64,000 bases of DNA, taken from NCBI GenBank assembly GCA_964016885.1, contig CAXHJY010001591.1:62001-126000 (forward strand). Reading direction: 5' to 3'. This document shows positions 13,802-27,764 of this stretch, piece by piece; the first letter of the stretch is position 1; the number at the start of each line of letters is the position of its first letter. The notes below the pieces were generated by a model. That model made no database searches, was not told the DNA's origin, and saw nothing but the letters and a program-made list of their open reading frames with translations. Both the position numbers and the translations under genes were made by a program. Source of the DNA: Eledone cirrhosa. Taxonomy: Eukaryota.

Positions 13802-16022
13802 ATGGAATTCTTTAAGATATCTTCTTCTCTAAAAGACATACCTCTACCTAAGAACAAAGACTTTATTAAACAATTAATAGAAAAATCAGACTCTTTTATA
13901 AGAAGAATCAGGTGGCGTGCCTTCCGTTTGATAAATCTAATCTAAATGAAAATGTTTCAGACTTAGATAAAGTTTTCAAATCTAAAAAAAATCCACCTCC
14001 CAACAAACTATTAATGCATTTTGAAAGCGATATAATTTCTATCATCCAAGGAATCAAATTCAAGAGAAACTTCAAAGGCCAGGACTATCTAAGAAGCATT
14101 AAGGATAATATTGAAGGCTTGGAGAGAACAGAGAAGATCTTGGTGAAATCGGACAAAACCAACAACCTTTATGGAGTGCAAAAAGACATGTATAATGGCC
14201 TTATATTGAAAGAACTAAGGAAAAAGTACAAGGTAGCAAATAAGGACGAACTGGAAAAAATGAATGTTGAGGCATCTTGTATAATGCATGAGTTGGACAT
14301 TGAGAACAAAACACAACCCTTCTTGCCTAGGAAACCCAAGATCAATATGAAAGATCACAAAAGAAATTTTGAAAATGATTTGCCAGTCAGATTGATTGCA
14401 CCATCAAAATCTGACCTGGGTAAACTTAGCAAAAACATTCTAGACAGGGTGATACAGCAAATTAAAACTTACATAATTTACCTAACTTAAACTTATGGAA
14501 GGGGACCGGTGAGGTTATTGAGTGGTTTAAAGAAATTAAATATAACAATAATAATAAATTTATTCAACTAGATATTGCTAACTACTATTCATCTATTACC
14601 CCTAATCTACTGAATAAGGCACTAAATTACGCATTCAAACATACAGACCTAACTAGCAATGAAATGCACATTATATTATCCGCAAGGAAAACATTGATAG
14701 AATTTAATAACCAACTATGGACTAGGGCAGATAGAGATAATAATTTCGACATCACTATGGGATCATCTGACTCAGCTCAGGTAACGGACCTTGTGGGCCT
14801 ATTTATAATTAATTCGCTGCATAGAAAAATACCTGGTGTAACCGGAGGATTATATCGTGATGACATGCTTTTACTTATTGAAAATAATAACTCTGAACTA
14901 AATAGAAAAAGAAAACAAATTATACAATTTTTTAATTACCTTAATCTAAAAATAGAAATAGAGAATAACCATAGAATAGTCAATTTCCTAGATGTAACAC
15001 TAAATCTCAACACATGTCTTCACTATCCATTTCACAAACTAAATGAAAACTTGAATTATGTCAATTTTAACTCTAATCACCCCAGATCTGTTAAAAATAC
15101 TATAGTGAACTCTGTTCAAGAACGTATCTCAAGAATTTCATCTAATAAAAATATTTTCGACGAAAAAGCGCAGTATTACAATGAAGCGTTAGCTAGAGCA
15201 GGATATAGTGATAAAATTAAGTACATCGATAATAATAGGCAAACTAACCAAAATAATAACAATTTTAATTACGGTAACAACTTTAACAACTATAATAGAA
15301 AACATTACAATAATTCCAAAAGCCGGAAAAAAAATAGAACTAGAAATATAATATGGTTTGCCCCCCCTTTCTCACTAAATATTAAAACCCACATTGCTAA
15401 ACTATTTTTTAATGCTCTTGACAAACGCTTCCCTAGAACACATAAATATCACTCAATTTTTAATAGACATACTATAAAATTAACCTACTCGTCCACCAAA
15501 AATTTAGCACAAAATATTAACAGAATAAATAATAGGAATCTAAAACCTAGCCAAAATACCGATAATGGCCAAAACAATATTCAAATAAACAACTGTAACT
15601 GTAAAAATAAATCTAAATGTCCGTTAAATAACAATTGCTTAGTTAAAAATATAATATACAATTGTAATGTTAAAACTAACTTAAATTCTTTTAACTATGT
15701 TGGTTCCACCTCGACAGAATTTAAACTTCGCTACAATAATCATAAGAATTCTTTCACAGATCCAAACAAAAAATCTTCAACTTCACTATCAGGCTTACTC
15801 TGGCAACTTAAACATGATAACGTTGGGTATTCGATGTTTTGGAATATTGTCTCAAGAGGGATTCCTTTTAATTCGTCATCTGAGACATGTGACCTCTGTG
15901 TGGAGGAGATATTCTTTATATTAAAATCCAAAAATTCCCTTAATTTAAGGAGCAATTTATTCAGTTGCTGCAGACATAGATTGAACTCAACGTTTAAATA
16001 TAAATATAAATTTAAAATGTAG
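13802..16022 (+). pseudogene. Naiad RT-GIY-YIG ORF with about two frameshifts
   Basis: ATG at 13802 gives MEFFKISSSLKDIPLPK...FIRRIRWRA; then SDKTNNLY, LDIANYYSSI, LYRDD, CNCKNKSKCP, IIY..YVGST, CDLC, CCRH. Confidence 0.92.
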
Positions 16023-16704
16023 TATAATTAATTAGGATATTTAATTAATGTATGAAACCTGACGATAAATCTTTCGATTCCTTCAACTTTTTCTTTTAAA
16101 CCTTCTTCATAAATATATACTAATGATGTAATTAAACTACCCTTAAATGTAGATGCTCCCAATCTATTGAATAAATTTTACGCTAGATAAACTTCTATAC
16201 TAAATATAAGAGCATCCGTAGAACAACAGGGTCTCCTAAATCCTTTAAATGATTTCTGCTAAATAAGTTTTGTTGAATAATTTTTAATTTTTGGTTTTTT
16301 GTTTGCTTTTTGATTCTGATTGCTTCTAATGAACTTGGCAATATATTGTCAGATAAATTGGAAGGGTAGATTTCTGTGGTTGATATAGGGGGCATACTGT
16401 GTTTTTTACGGCCCGAGATACTCTAGGGAGTGATGAAAATATTTTTAACGTTTTGATATCTCTGTGCGATATATTGATATCTGGTTGTCTCTGTACAAAG
16501 GCCATATGTATTAATATGCATATGGAATGATTACAGAGTATATTTTATCTGTTTATTTTATCTGTCCATGTACATATATGTGTGCATACATATATATATA
16601 TATGTATGTGTGGGTATAGTTCTGGATATATTACAGATATGCATAATATTCTATACATGAACGATAATCATGTATGTGAGGGCAAGAATATTAATATATT
16701 TTTT

Positions 16705-16739
<35 letters not shown>

Positions 16740-17688
16740 AAATCTTTTATAACACAAATAAAAGATTTTTTTCTGTGAAACAAGAAATTACAGAGTTGAT
16801 CACGTAAAATCATGGGTATGTCTATAATATCAACTAGAACTTGAGATGACCTTCTCTTTTTCTCTTTCTTTCCTTTTCCGGAAAGTGCATATGCATGTGT
16901 ATATATATACTTATATATTTCCGTATTTTTTTGAAGTTTTATCTCAGTTTTGGTACATCGACCTCAGAATTTTTAAACTAAACATATGGTCATTGTTGAG
17001 CAAAATTATTTTCACACATTATATATCTATGTCTCATTCATGAATATTGATATTTACATTATATTACCCAATTCATATGAATTGATAATTCAAATTGATA
17101 GGACATAACGTAAAGATGTAAATCTATCATCCCTCTCTCTAGATATAGCTCTTTATTCTCCTCCCTCTTTATATATGATGAAGTCTATGTATCGGTTGTT
17201 TTAACTTTGCCTCTCGAGTTTCTCTCTTACTTCTCTTATATCTCTCTCACCTCCCCATATATAATTATTATTATTTGGTCTACCTCTTTCCCCCCCCCCC
17301 CCACCTCTATCTTTCTCTCTCTCTGTTTTCTCTTCATTTTTTATTTCTCTCCGTCTCCTCCTCAACTGTCCTTAACACTATAACTAAATAATTACAGTAC
17401 TCCCTCCCTCCTAAATCTCTCAATTTGTATGATGAATTATTATTATTCATCTGTTGCCTCAGCTGCTTCTCTTTTTTCACCTCCTCACTATTTCTCTCTC
17501 CCCTATCTCTCTCTATTTCTCTCTGTTTTTCTTTACATACATTTCTTCTTTTATCTCAGTCTTTCTTTTTAACTGTGCTTAACACTAAACATTTATAAAC
17601 ATCTCACTAGCAAACCAGCTTCGTACATAACGGTTGGTCAATATTTATGGTACGTCAAAATTATTTATAAAACTGTTTATATATTGTA

Positions 17689-17750
17689 TTTTATCTGAAG
17701 AAGGCATGCCACATTTTTAATATGGTATCCCCGAAATATGTATAATGAAA
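17689..17750 (+). ncRNA. Type I hammerhead ribozyme (family D)
   Basis: TTTTAT-CTGAAGA-[stem II]-GAAA-TATGTA-TA-ATGAAA; minus-strand copies at 13556-13617 and 26622-26682. Confidence 0.82.
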
Positions 17751-17943
17751 TAAATATGGTTTTATAAATATAGATTCCATTTGTTTAATATCGTGTATAT
17801 ATATATAAATATATATATATATGTATATATACATATATATATGTATATATATATATGTATATATATATATGTATATATATATATGTATATATATATATGT
17901 ATATATATGTATGTATATATATATATGTATATATATATGTATG

Positions 17944-17976
<33 letters not shown>

Positions 17977-18083
17977 GTATATATGTATATATATGTAAGT
18001 ATATATATGTATATATATATATCTATGTATATATATGTATATATATATGTATATATATATGTATATATATATATATATATATA

Positions 18084-18130
<47 letters not shown>

Positions 18131-18194
18131 GTATATATCTATATGTATATATATATATATGTGAGAAAAACCACAGACCCTCCATCTCAACTCA

Positions 18195-18232
18195 CCTTTT
18201 GAAAAGCAGAAGAACTGCGAAACCGGTAAAGG
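18195..18232 (+). ncRNA. Minimal hammerhead, U3-A8 core variant (family E), in a ~140-bp island 18162-18300
   Basis: CCTT-TTGAAAA-[gcag/ctgc]-GAAA-CCGG-TA-AAGG. Confidence 0.8.
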
Positions 18233-18321
18233 AACCAAATAAATATATATATATTTTTTTTTAAATAAGACTTCAGTTGCATTTTCGATTTCGTCTCTTT
18301 TTTTTTTTTTTTATATATATG

Positions 18322-18352
<31 letters not shown>

Positions 18353-18367
18353 GTATATATATATATG

Positions 18368-18398
<31 letters not shown>

Positions 18399-18522
18399 GT
18401 GTATATGTATATATATATATGTGTATATATATATATTCAAAAACATACTTACATGTTTACGTTTATAATTTGCTTGTTTATATATATATATATATATGTA
18501 TATGTATATATATATATATGTG

Positions 18523-18590
<68 letters not shown>

Positions 18591-18721
18591 GATAAATCTA
18601 CCAAGAGTTTACGGTAGTGTCCAATCCGTATGAAGAACTCAATGTATTCCGGATATCATGGAAAGAAGAGATGTAATGAAAATCCACTTTCGGTGAAAGA
18701 TAAACGGTATACAGAGTCAAG

Positions 18722-19123
18722 ATAAAATATTAAACAAATAATGAACAAACAATTCCTTATATTAAACAAAAAAAGTTCACTATTTAACGATCGTTTCTAG
18801 GGTATATATGTGTTATAATTGGTATGCATATTCAACAGATCTATGTACAAAATTATACAAAATTATACAAATTATCAAGATTAAATATACATACCTAACA
18901 CATATATACGCCGTCTTCAGAAATAAATTATTTCTGAAGACGGCGTATATATGTGTTAGGTATGTATATTTAATCTTGATAATTTGTATAATTTTGTATA
19001 ATTTTGTACATAGATCTGTTGAATATGCATACCAATTATAACACATATATACCCTAGAAACGATCGTTAAATAGTGAACTTTTTTTGTTTAATATAAGGA
19101 ATTGTTTGTTCATTATTTGTTTA

Positions 19124-19132
<9 letters not shown>
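18722..19132. repeat. Apparently perfect 411-bp palindrome centred at 18927 (family F 3' ends head-to-head)
   Basis: Mirror ORFs 18808..19041(+) and 18813..19046(-) are identical except at the centre. Confidence 0.95.
18927..19075 (+). ncRNA. Hammerhead with ~116-nt stem II (mirror copy 18779-18927 on minus)
   Basis: ATTATTT-CTGAAGA-[gtatatatgtgtta/taacacatatatac; ggtatgtatattta/tgaatatgcatacc]-GAAA-CGATCG-TT-AAATAGT. Confidence 0.78.
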
Positions 19133-19199
<67 letters not shown>

Positions 19200-19201
<2 letters not shown>

Positions 19202-19251
19202 AGTATGTATGTATACGTACATATATATATGTATACAGACGTACAGTAGCA

Positions 19252-19291
<40 letters not shown>

Positions 19292-19430
19292 CAGGTACAC
19301 ATACATAGATGCACGTATCAGTTTAGCGGACGCTTATTATAACCCCGCTTTGTTCGTTTGTCAACAAACTGAACAGTAAGTGCCGTACTAAGAGTGAGAA
19401 ATGAAATTTCGTTTTCATTTTATTTCAACC
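19200..19430. repeat. Diverged, partly inverted relative of the family H repeat
   Basis: gtatacagacgtacagtag is shared with 25372-25389; gccgtactaagagtgagaaatgaaattt is the reverse complement of 25727-25751-type sequence. Confidence 0.6.
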
Positions 19431-19442
19431 TATATGTATATG

Positions 19443-19509
<67 letters not shown>

Positions 19510-19518
19510 ATACATTAT

Positions 19519-19866
19519 GGAGGCATATGGCTTAGTGGTTAGAGCATTGGCCTTGCAATCGAAAGGTTGTGAGTTCAATTCTCAGACCGGGTGATGTGTT
19601 GTTTCCTTGAACAAGACACTTTATTTCACATTGCTCTAGTTTACTCAGCTGTAGAGATGAGATGATAGTGACTGGGGTCCATATCATTCTACTGCAAAGT
19701 GGTCGTGCAGGTGCCACGGCAAAAAAGCACCCAGCACTCACTGTAAATGAGGTTGGTGTTAGGAAGGGCATCCAGCTGTAGAAATCAAGCCAGAATCAGT
19801 TCCCGTCTCACCCTTGCAAGCAGGGAAAAGCGGACGTAAAATGAAATGATGATGATGATGAATGAT
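19519..19866 (+). mobile_element. tRNA-derived SINE with RTE-type 3' tail
   Basis: A box TGGCTTAGTGG, B box GTTCAATTC, body tccttgaacaagacact, aagggcatccagc.gtagaaa shared with the RTE 3'UTR at 39090-39110, (GAT)n tail. Confidence 0.85.
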
Positions 19867-19887
19867 GTATATATATATGTATATATG

Positions 19888-19940
<53 letters not shown>

Positions 19941-19987
19941 ATATATATGTATATATGTATATGTATATATGTATATATATATGTATG

Positions 19988-20018
<31 letters not shown>

Positions 20019-20116
20019 GTATATATATATGTATATATATGTATGTATATAAATATGTATGTATGTATATAAATATGTATGTATGTATATAAATATGTAT
20101 GTATATGTATATATAT

Positions 20117-20148
<32 letters not shown>

Positions 20149-20169
20149 GTATATATATGTATATATATG

Positions 20170-20218
<49 letters not shown>

Positions 20219-20231
20219 GTATATATATATA

Positions 20232-20473
20232 TCATCATCATCATCATCATCGTTTTACGTCCGCCTTTCTCTGCTTGCACGGGTGGGACGGGGGAACTGA
20301 TTCTGGCTTGATTTCTTATTTACAGTGAGTCCTGGGTGCTTTTTTTGCCATGGCACCTCCACGACCACTTTGCAGTGGAACTATAGGGACCACAGTCCCT
20401 ATCATCTCATTTCTACAGATGAGCAAACTGGAGCAATGTGAAATATAGTGTCTTTCTCAAGGAAACAACACAT
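20232..20473 (-). mobile_element. 5'-truncated copy of the same SINE
   Basis: Reverse complement similarity to 19595-19860; (CAT)n tail. Confidence 0.8.
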
Positions 20474-20485
20474 CATATATATATG

Positions 20486-20569
<84 letters not shown>

Positions 20570-20606
20570 CATATATGTATATATATATATAGATAGATAA
20601 ATATAC

Positions 20607-22640
20607 ACGGATGTGTATGATTGTGTATAGAAGATTATATTAATAAGAGGAATTCCAACTTTGTCTGATTTACTCGTTTTATTTATAATCCTTTAAAATT
20701 TATAATGGTATTATAATGAAATACTATGATAGAATATTAAATGTTTAGTGTTAATTGAACAAGTACTTTCATGCTTTTGCAATCTTCAGGTTGATAATGT
20801 ATGGTGACAGTCAAGTTTGCAATTTTTAACTGTAATGAGATGGGTAAATTTTGTACCTTATATACAGTGAAAAGTGGCTCCAGAATGCTAAATTTTGCAA
20901 ACTGTATTTCGACCAATCGGTGTGTAGTTTCACTGAATTACTAAAGCTGATTGGTTTAGGCGTCACGATTAGTTGAGCATGTCTAACAACCACTAATTGA
21001 TCCTGTCCAAAGCATCAATTGTTTTGCTATTTTTAGAAATGGTGAAAATAGCATTTTCTAGTAATCATCAACATTACTTTTATTATTATTATTATTGTTG
21101 TTGTTGTTAGTGGTCGTAGTCGACATGGTCGTAGTCATAGTCATAGTAGAAGTAATACCCCTAAGCATTATTATTGTTCATTTAGCTTGGGTTTGAATTT
21201 ATCAATAACATTTTTTCCTTTGATTTTTCTTATGATTTCACTTGGGCTGTGTAATTTGTAGAATGGGAATATTATAAATATTCCCTGACCACATGTTGCT
21301 AGATGGTTACTTAGGGGTATCTGACGGACATTTGGGTCTCTGATTTGCTGACGGTGTACCCATGCACGTTCTGATAGTGCATTTCCAGTTTGACCGACAT
21401 ATAGTTCTTCACAATTCGGGCATTTAATGCAGTAAATTAGACTTCTGCTTTTGCAATTCATATTTGCATTTGGGAATATTTTTCCAGTTTTTGTTTTCAT
21501 ATATTGACCGGCGTGTATGGATTGACACGTGCCGCATCGACTATCATTGCATTTAGATACAGTGAATGATTGGTCTTTGTGGTTAAGGTCAAACTTTGCT
21601 TTTGTTAGTAATTGCTTCAAATTTTTCTGCTGTCTTTTACTAAGAGTCAAAGATCGATCTGTGATTAAGCCTTTTAATTCATTACTTTGAGCAATGATCG
21701 GTAGGTTTGCTTTGGCAGTGTTGAAGATATTCTGGTGACATGGGTTGTGTGTCATTATAAATGGTATGACCAGTTCTTGGTTTATTCTTCCTTGGGTTGT
21801 CCTAAGTTGTTGTATAGGTATTTTTATAGCCCGCTGTATGCCATTTTCTATAAGTAGAGATGGGTATTTTTGTTTGAGCAAAAATTCTCTTAGTTCTGTT
21901 AGGCGTTTGTACCTGGTATTCGTATCTTCTACAATGGTACAAATTATTCTGGCTAGGCAGTATGGGATGTTGCGTTTTGTATGAGGTGGATGGCACGACT
22001 TAAATTTCAGATATTGATGGGTGTCTGTGTATTTATAATATATATCCGTGGTAATGGTGGTGTCGTTTTTGATTATCATTATATCTAGGAATGGTAATTT
22101 GGTCCTACTCATCTCTTTTGTGAATTGGAGAGATGGGTGTAGGTTATTCAGGAGGATATTGAACTCATCCAGAGTATCTAGAGATTCTGTCCAGATGATG
22201 AAACAGTCGTCAAGGTATCTCTTCCAAGATTTTTCAATGTACTTTCTAAAGTTAATACTATATTTTTCCTCTATTTCTTGGTAGAGTCGTTATTCTAAGT
22301 ATCCCATTACAGAGTTCGCGTAAACGGGAGCAAACTTCGTTCCCATCGATGGGCCTCTAAATTGGATGTAATTCTTTCCAAGATTTAGCATTCTGGAGCA
22401 ACTTTTCACTGTATATAAGGCACAAAATTTACCCTTGTCATTACAGTTGAAAATTGCAAACGTGACTGTCACCACACATTATCAACCTGAAGATTGCGAA
22501 AGCATGAAAGTACTTGTTCAATTAACACTTAACATTTAATATTCTATCATACTATTTCATTATAATACCACTATAAATTTTAAAGGATTGTAAATAAAAC
22601 GAGTAAATCAGACAAAGTTGGAATTCCTCTTATTAATATA
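20607..22640 (-). mobile_element. 5'-truncated Neptune-like PLE (family G) with inverted 3'-end cap at 22383-22640
   Basis: MGTKFAPVYAN, RYLDD, LPFLDI, TDTHQYL..SCHP, CNDSRCGTC, LIYCIKC..LYVGQTG; 20637-20893 is inverted at 22383-22640; hammerheads at 20758-20792(-) and 22484-22518(+). Confidence 0.9.
22484..22518 (+). ncRNA. Minimal type I hammerhead (family G)
   Basis: AAC-CTGAAGA-t[tgc gaaa gca]t-GAAA-GTAC-TT-GTT. Confidence 0.8.
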
Positions 22641-22698
22641 TATGTATATATATATATATGTATATATATATATGTATATATATATGTATATATATATG

Positions 22699-22797
<99 letters not shown>

Positions 22798-22958
22798 GTA
22801 TATATATATGTATATATATATATGTATATATATATGTATATATATATGTATATATATATGTATATATATATATATGTATATGTATATATATGTATATATA
22901 TATATATATGTATATATGTATATGTATATATGTATATATATATATGTATATATATATG

Positions 22959-23023
<65 letters not shown>

Positions 23024-23349
23024 GTGTATATATATATGTATATATATATGTATATATATGTATATATATATGTATATATATATATGTATATGTATATGTA
23101 TGTATATATATATATATGTATATGTATGTATATGTATGTATATATATATATATATATATGTATGTATATGTATATGTATGTATATATATATATATATATA
23201 TGTGTATATGTATGTATATATATATATGTATGTATATATATATATATGTATATGTATGTATATATATATGTACGTATATATATATATATATGTATGTATA
23301 TATATATATATATATATAAATATATATGTATATATATATATGTATATGT

Positions 23350-23381
<32 letters not shown>

Positions 23382-23418
23382 GTATATATGTATATATATA
23401 TATGTATATATATATATG

Positions 23419-23509
<91 letters not shown>

Positions 23510-24375
23510 GTATATATATATGTATATATATATGTATATATATATGTATATATATATGTATATATATATATGTATATGTATATGTATGTATATATATATA
23601 TATGTATATGTATGTATATGTATGTATATATATATATATGTATATGTATGTATATGTATATGTATGTATATATATATATATATATGTGTGTATATGTATG
23701 TATATATATATGTATGTATATATATATATATATATGTATATGTATGTATATATATATGTACGTATATATATATATATGTATGTATATATATATATATATA
23801 AATATATATGTATATATATATATGTATATGTATGTATATATATATATGTATATGTATGTATATATATGTATATGTATGTATATATATATATATGTATATG
23901 TATGTATATATATATATATGTATATGTATGTATATATATGTATATGTATATATATGTATATGTATGTATATATATGTATATATATGTATATATATAAATA
24001 TATATGTATATATACATGTATATGTATGTATATATATATATGTATGTGTATGTATGTATATATATGTATATGTATGTATATATATATATGCATGTATATA
24101 TATATATATATAAATATATATGTATATGTATATATATATATGAATATGTATGTATATATATATATAAATATATATATATATGTATATGCATATATATATA
24201 TACCTATGTATATATATATGTATATGTATGTATATATATATATGTATATGTATGTATATATATATATATGCATATGTATATATATGTATATATATGTATA
24301 TGTATGTATATATATATATATATGTATGTATATGTATATATAAATATGTATGTATATGTATATATATATATATGT
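22641..24375. repeat. 1.7-kb (TA)nTG array with internal higher-order duplication
   Basis: The variant block containing tgtacgtata...tataaatata occurs near 23270 and 23760. Confidence 0.95.
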
Positions 24376-24861
24376 TCCGACCTTACACACTTTCACCTCT
24401 CTAGGACAATGTCACTGGACCGAGATCTTTGGCGCTACGCAGTAATACAGAAGACCCGCCTTGCCTATGTACAAAGCGAAACCTACAGTCAGTAGGCCCC
24501 TCTTAACGAAATATACACCCAATCCACTACCCCTACCCTATCCTCCCACTCCCACCAACACCACTCCCTCTCTATAAAATTGGTACCACAACATCCAGTC
24601 CAAATAAATTAGATAAATGAGATCAAGATCGAGATCGTGTTGGTGTCACGAGAAAAAAACACACAGTCCACGCTGTAATATGGCCGTGTAGGTAGCACGG
24701 TAAATGTGGTTGGTGTTAGGAAGGGTATCCAGCCATAGACAACCTGCCAGATAGTCCTATATGAGCGAGACACGGTCACCCGACCAAGCTTGCCTCAAGT
24801 GGGACAACTCCCGTCTAACCCATGCTCGCGTGGAAAGTGGACGTTAAACGAGGATGATGAT
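24376..24861 (+). mobile_element. 3' fragment of an RTE LINE
   Basis: Matches 38748-39230 ([23 protein letters not shown], 3'UTR, GAT tail). Confidence 0.88.
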
Positions 24862-24888
24862 GTATATATATGTATATGTATATATATG

Positions 24889-24919
<31 letters not shown>

Positions 24920-25141
24920 GTATATATATATATGTATATATATATATGTATGAATATATATGTGTATGTATATGTATATATATGTGTATGTATATGTATA
25001 TATATGTGTATGTATATGTATATATATATCTATATATGTATGTATATATATGTATATGTATATGTGTATATATCTATGATTATGTGTGTATATATGTATA
25101 TGCATATATATATATGTATATATATATATGTAAATGTATAT

Positions 25142-25201
<60 letters not shown>

Positions 25202-25236
25202 GTGTATATATATGTATATATCTATGATTATGTATG

Positions 25237-25282
<46 letters not shown>

Positions 25283-25284
<2 letters not shown>

Positions 25285-26009
25285 AACGGAAAAAATGAAA
25301 TGCAATTTCATTTCTCACTCTTAGTACAGCTGTTACTTAAATATAAGTATGTACACGTACATACATATATGTATACAGACGTACAGTAGTATGTATATAT
25401 ATATACATACATGGACACATATATATATATGTACGTATGGATTCACCGAACATTTATTATAATGCTCGGTGTGTTTGTAAACAAACATCCCGAATTAAGC
25501 CGTACAGTCTCTAGCAACCATCGTTCAACACTGACACAGGAACGCTGTACTAGTTTCAAGCTTATTAGCTATCGTCAGCAATGTATACCTTCCTGCCAGA
25601 TGATTGAACATCTGAAAGTATATACTTACCTTATCCATATTAACGGCTGAGCAGCTTAATTTGCATATGGAGTGAGTTAATCGGCCGGACGCACCGAAAA
25701 CGATAAACGGAAAAAATGAAACAGAATTTCATTTCTCACTCTTAGTATGGCTGTTACTTAAATATAAGTATGTACACGTACATACATATATGTATACAGA
25801 CGTACAGTAGTATGTATATATATATATACATGCATGCACACATATATATATGTAAGTATGGATTCACCGAACATTTATTATAATGCTCGGTGTGTTTGTA
25901 AACAAACATCCCGAATTAAGCCGTACAGTGACTAGCAAACATCGTTGCTCATTTGTTCAACACTGACAAAGGAACGCTGTACTAGTTTCAAGCTTATTAG
26001 CTATCGTCA
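25283..26009 (-). mobile_element. Non-coding tandem hammerhead repeat (family H), candidate retrozyme
   Basis: Direct repeat units start at 25283 and 25704; hammerheads at 25543-25583 and 25975-26009 (truncated), 432 nt apart; another copy at 46282-46593. Confidence 0.7.
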
Positions 26010-26079
26010 TGTATATATATATATATATGTATATATGTGTATATATATATGTATATATATATATGTGTATATATATATG

Positions 26080-26114
<35 letters not shown>

Positions 26115-26183
26115 GTATAAATATATATATGTATATGTATATATGTAAATATATTTATATGTATATATGTATATATATATATG

Positions 26184-26216
<33 letters not shown>

Positions 26217-26251
26217 GTATATGTATATATATATGTATATATATGTATATG

Positions 26252-26282
<31 letters not shown>

Positions 26283-26351
26283 GTATATATATATGCATAT
26301 ATATATGTATATATATATATATGTATATATATGTATATATATGTATTTATA

Positions 26352-26438
<87 letters not shown>

Positions 26439-26487
26439 GTATATATATATATGTATATATATATATGTATATATATGTATATATATA

Positions 26488-26840
26488 TGCAAAAGTTCTA
26501 TTTAAAATTGTTGGGATACAACAAGTAAATATTTTTATAACTGATATAAAGCACTCGACAAGTATTTGGAGTAGATATACGATATTAATAAATGGAAACT
26601 ATATTTATAAAACCATATTTATTTCATTATACATATTTCAGGGATACCAAATTAAATAATGGTATGCCTTCATCAGACAAAATACAATATATAACAATTT
26701 TACAAATAAGCTTTGACGTACCCTATTAAAATGCAACCATTGTTTTTGGAAGTCATCCGGATAGTGATTTGTTTATATTACTTTAATAAGTCATAGTGTT
26801 AAGGACAATTAGAAAAAGACGGAGTGAAAGAAAAAGACGT
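26488..26840 (-). mobile_element. Solo 3' end of a family D-like PLE
   Basis: Closely matches 13424-13660, same terminus, hammerhead 26622-26682. Confidence 0.85.
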
Positions 26841-27015
26841 ATATATATATATGTATATATATGTATATATATATATACGTATATATATATATGTATATAT
26901 ATGTATATATATATGTATATATATATATGTATATATATGTATATATATATATATAGATGTATATATATATATATGTATATACATATATATGTATATATAT
27001 ATATGTATATATATG

Positions 27016-27050
<35 letters not shown>

Positions 27051-27283
27051 GTATATATATGTATATATATATATGTATATATATATGTATATATATGTAT
27101 ATATATATATGTATATATATATATGTGTATATATATATATGAGTATATATGTATATATATATGTATATATATGTATATATATATATGTATATATATGTAT
27201 ATATATGTATATATATGTGTATATATATGTATATATATATATGTATATATATGTATATATATATATATGTATATATATGTATA

Positions 27284-27328
<45 letters not shown>

Positions 27329-27539
27329 GTATATATAAGTATATATATATATGTATATATGTATATATATATATATATATGTATATATATGTATATATAT
27401 ATATATGTATATATATGTATGTATATATATGTATATATATATATGTATATATGTATGTATATATATGTATATATATGTATGTATATATATGTATATATAT
27501 ATATGTATGTATATATATATATGTATATATATATATATG

Positions 27540-27570
<31 letters not shown>

Positions 27571-27583
27571 GTATATATATATG

Positions 27584-27668
<85 letters not shown>

Positions 27669-27726
27669 GTATATATATATGTATATGTATATATATGTAT
27701 ATATATATATGTATATATATATAATG

Positions 27727-27760
<34 letters not shown>

Positions 27761-27764
27761 TGTA
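26841..27764. repeat. (TA)nTG array
   Basis: Direct reading. Confidence 0.97.

Larger units (their letters stand above)
13424..17793 (+). mobile_element. Near full-length Naiad-type PLE (family D) with long 3'UTR and inverted 3'-end cap at 13424-13715
   Basis: 13510-13715 is the reverse complement of about 17590-17793; hammerheads at 13556-13617(-) and 17689-17750(+); (TA)n on both flanks. Confidence 0.92.

Noticed and set aside
16050-16080. CTGACGA as a hammerhead core or ATGA-AAA as a SECIS after the family D stop
   Set aside because: No downstream GAAA with compatible stems; no convincing SECIS helix and no Sec codon in the ORF
19519-19590. tRNA gene
   Set aside because: A and B boxes are present, but it continues into a SINE body and tail and I see no proper cloverleaf
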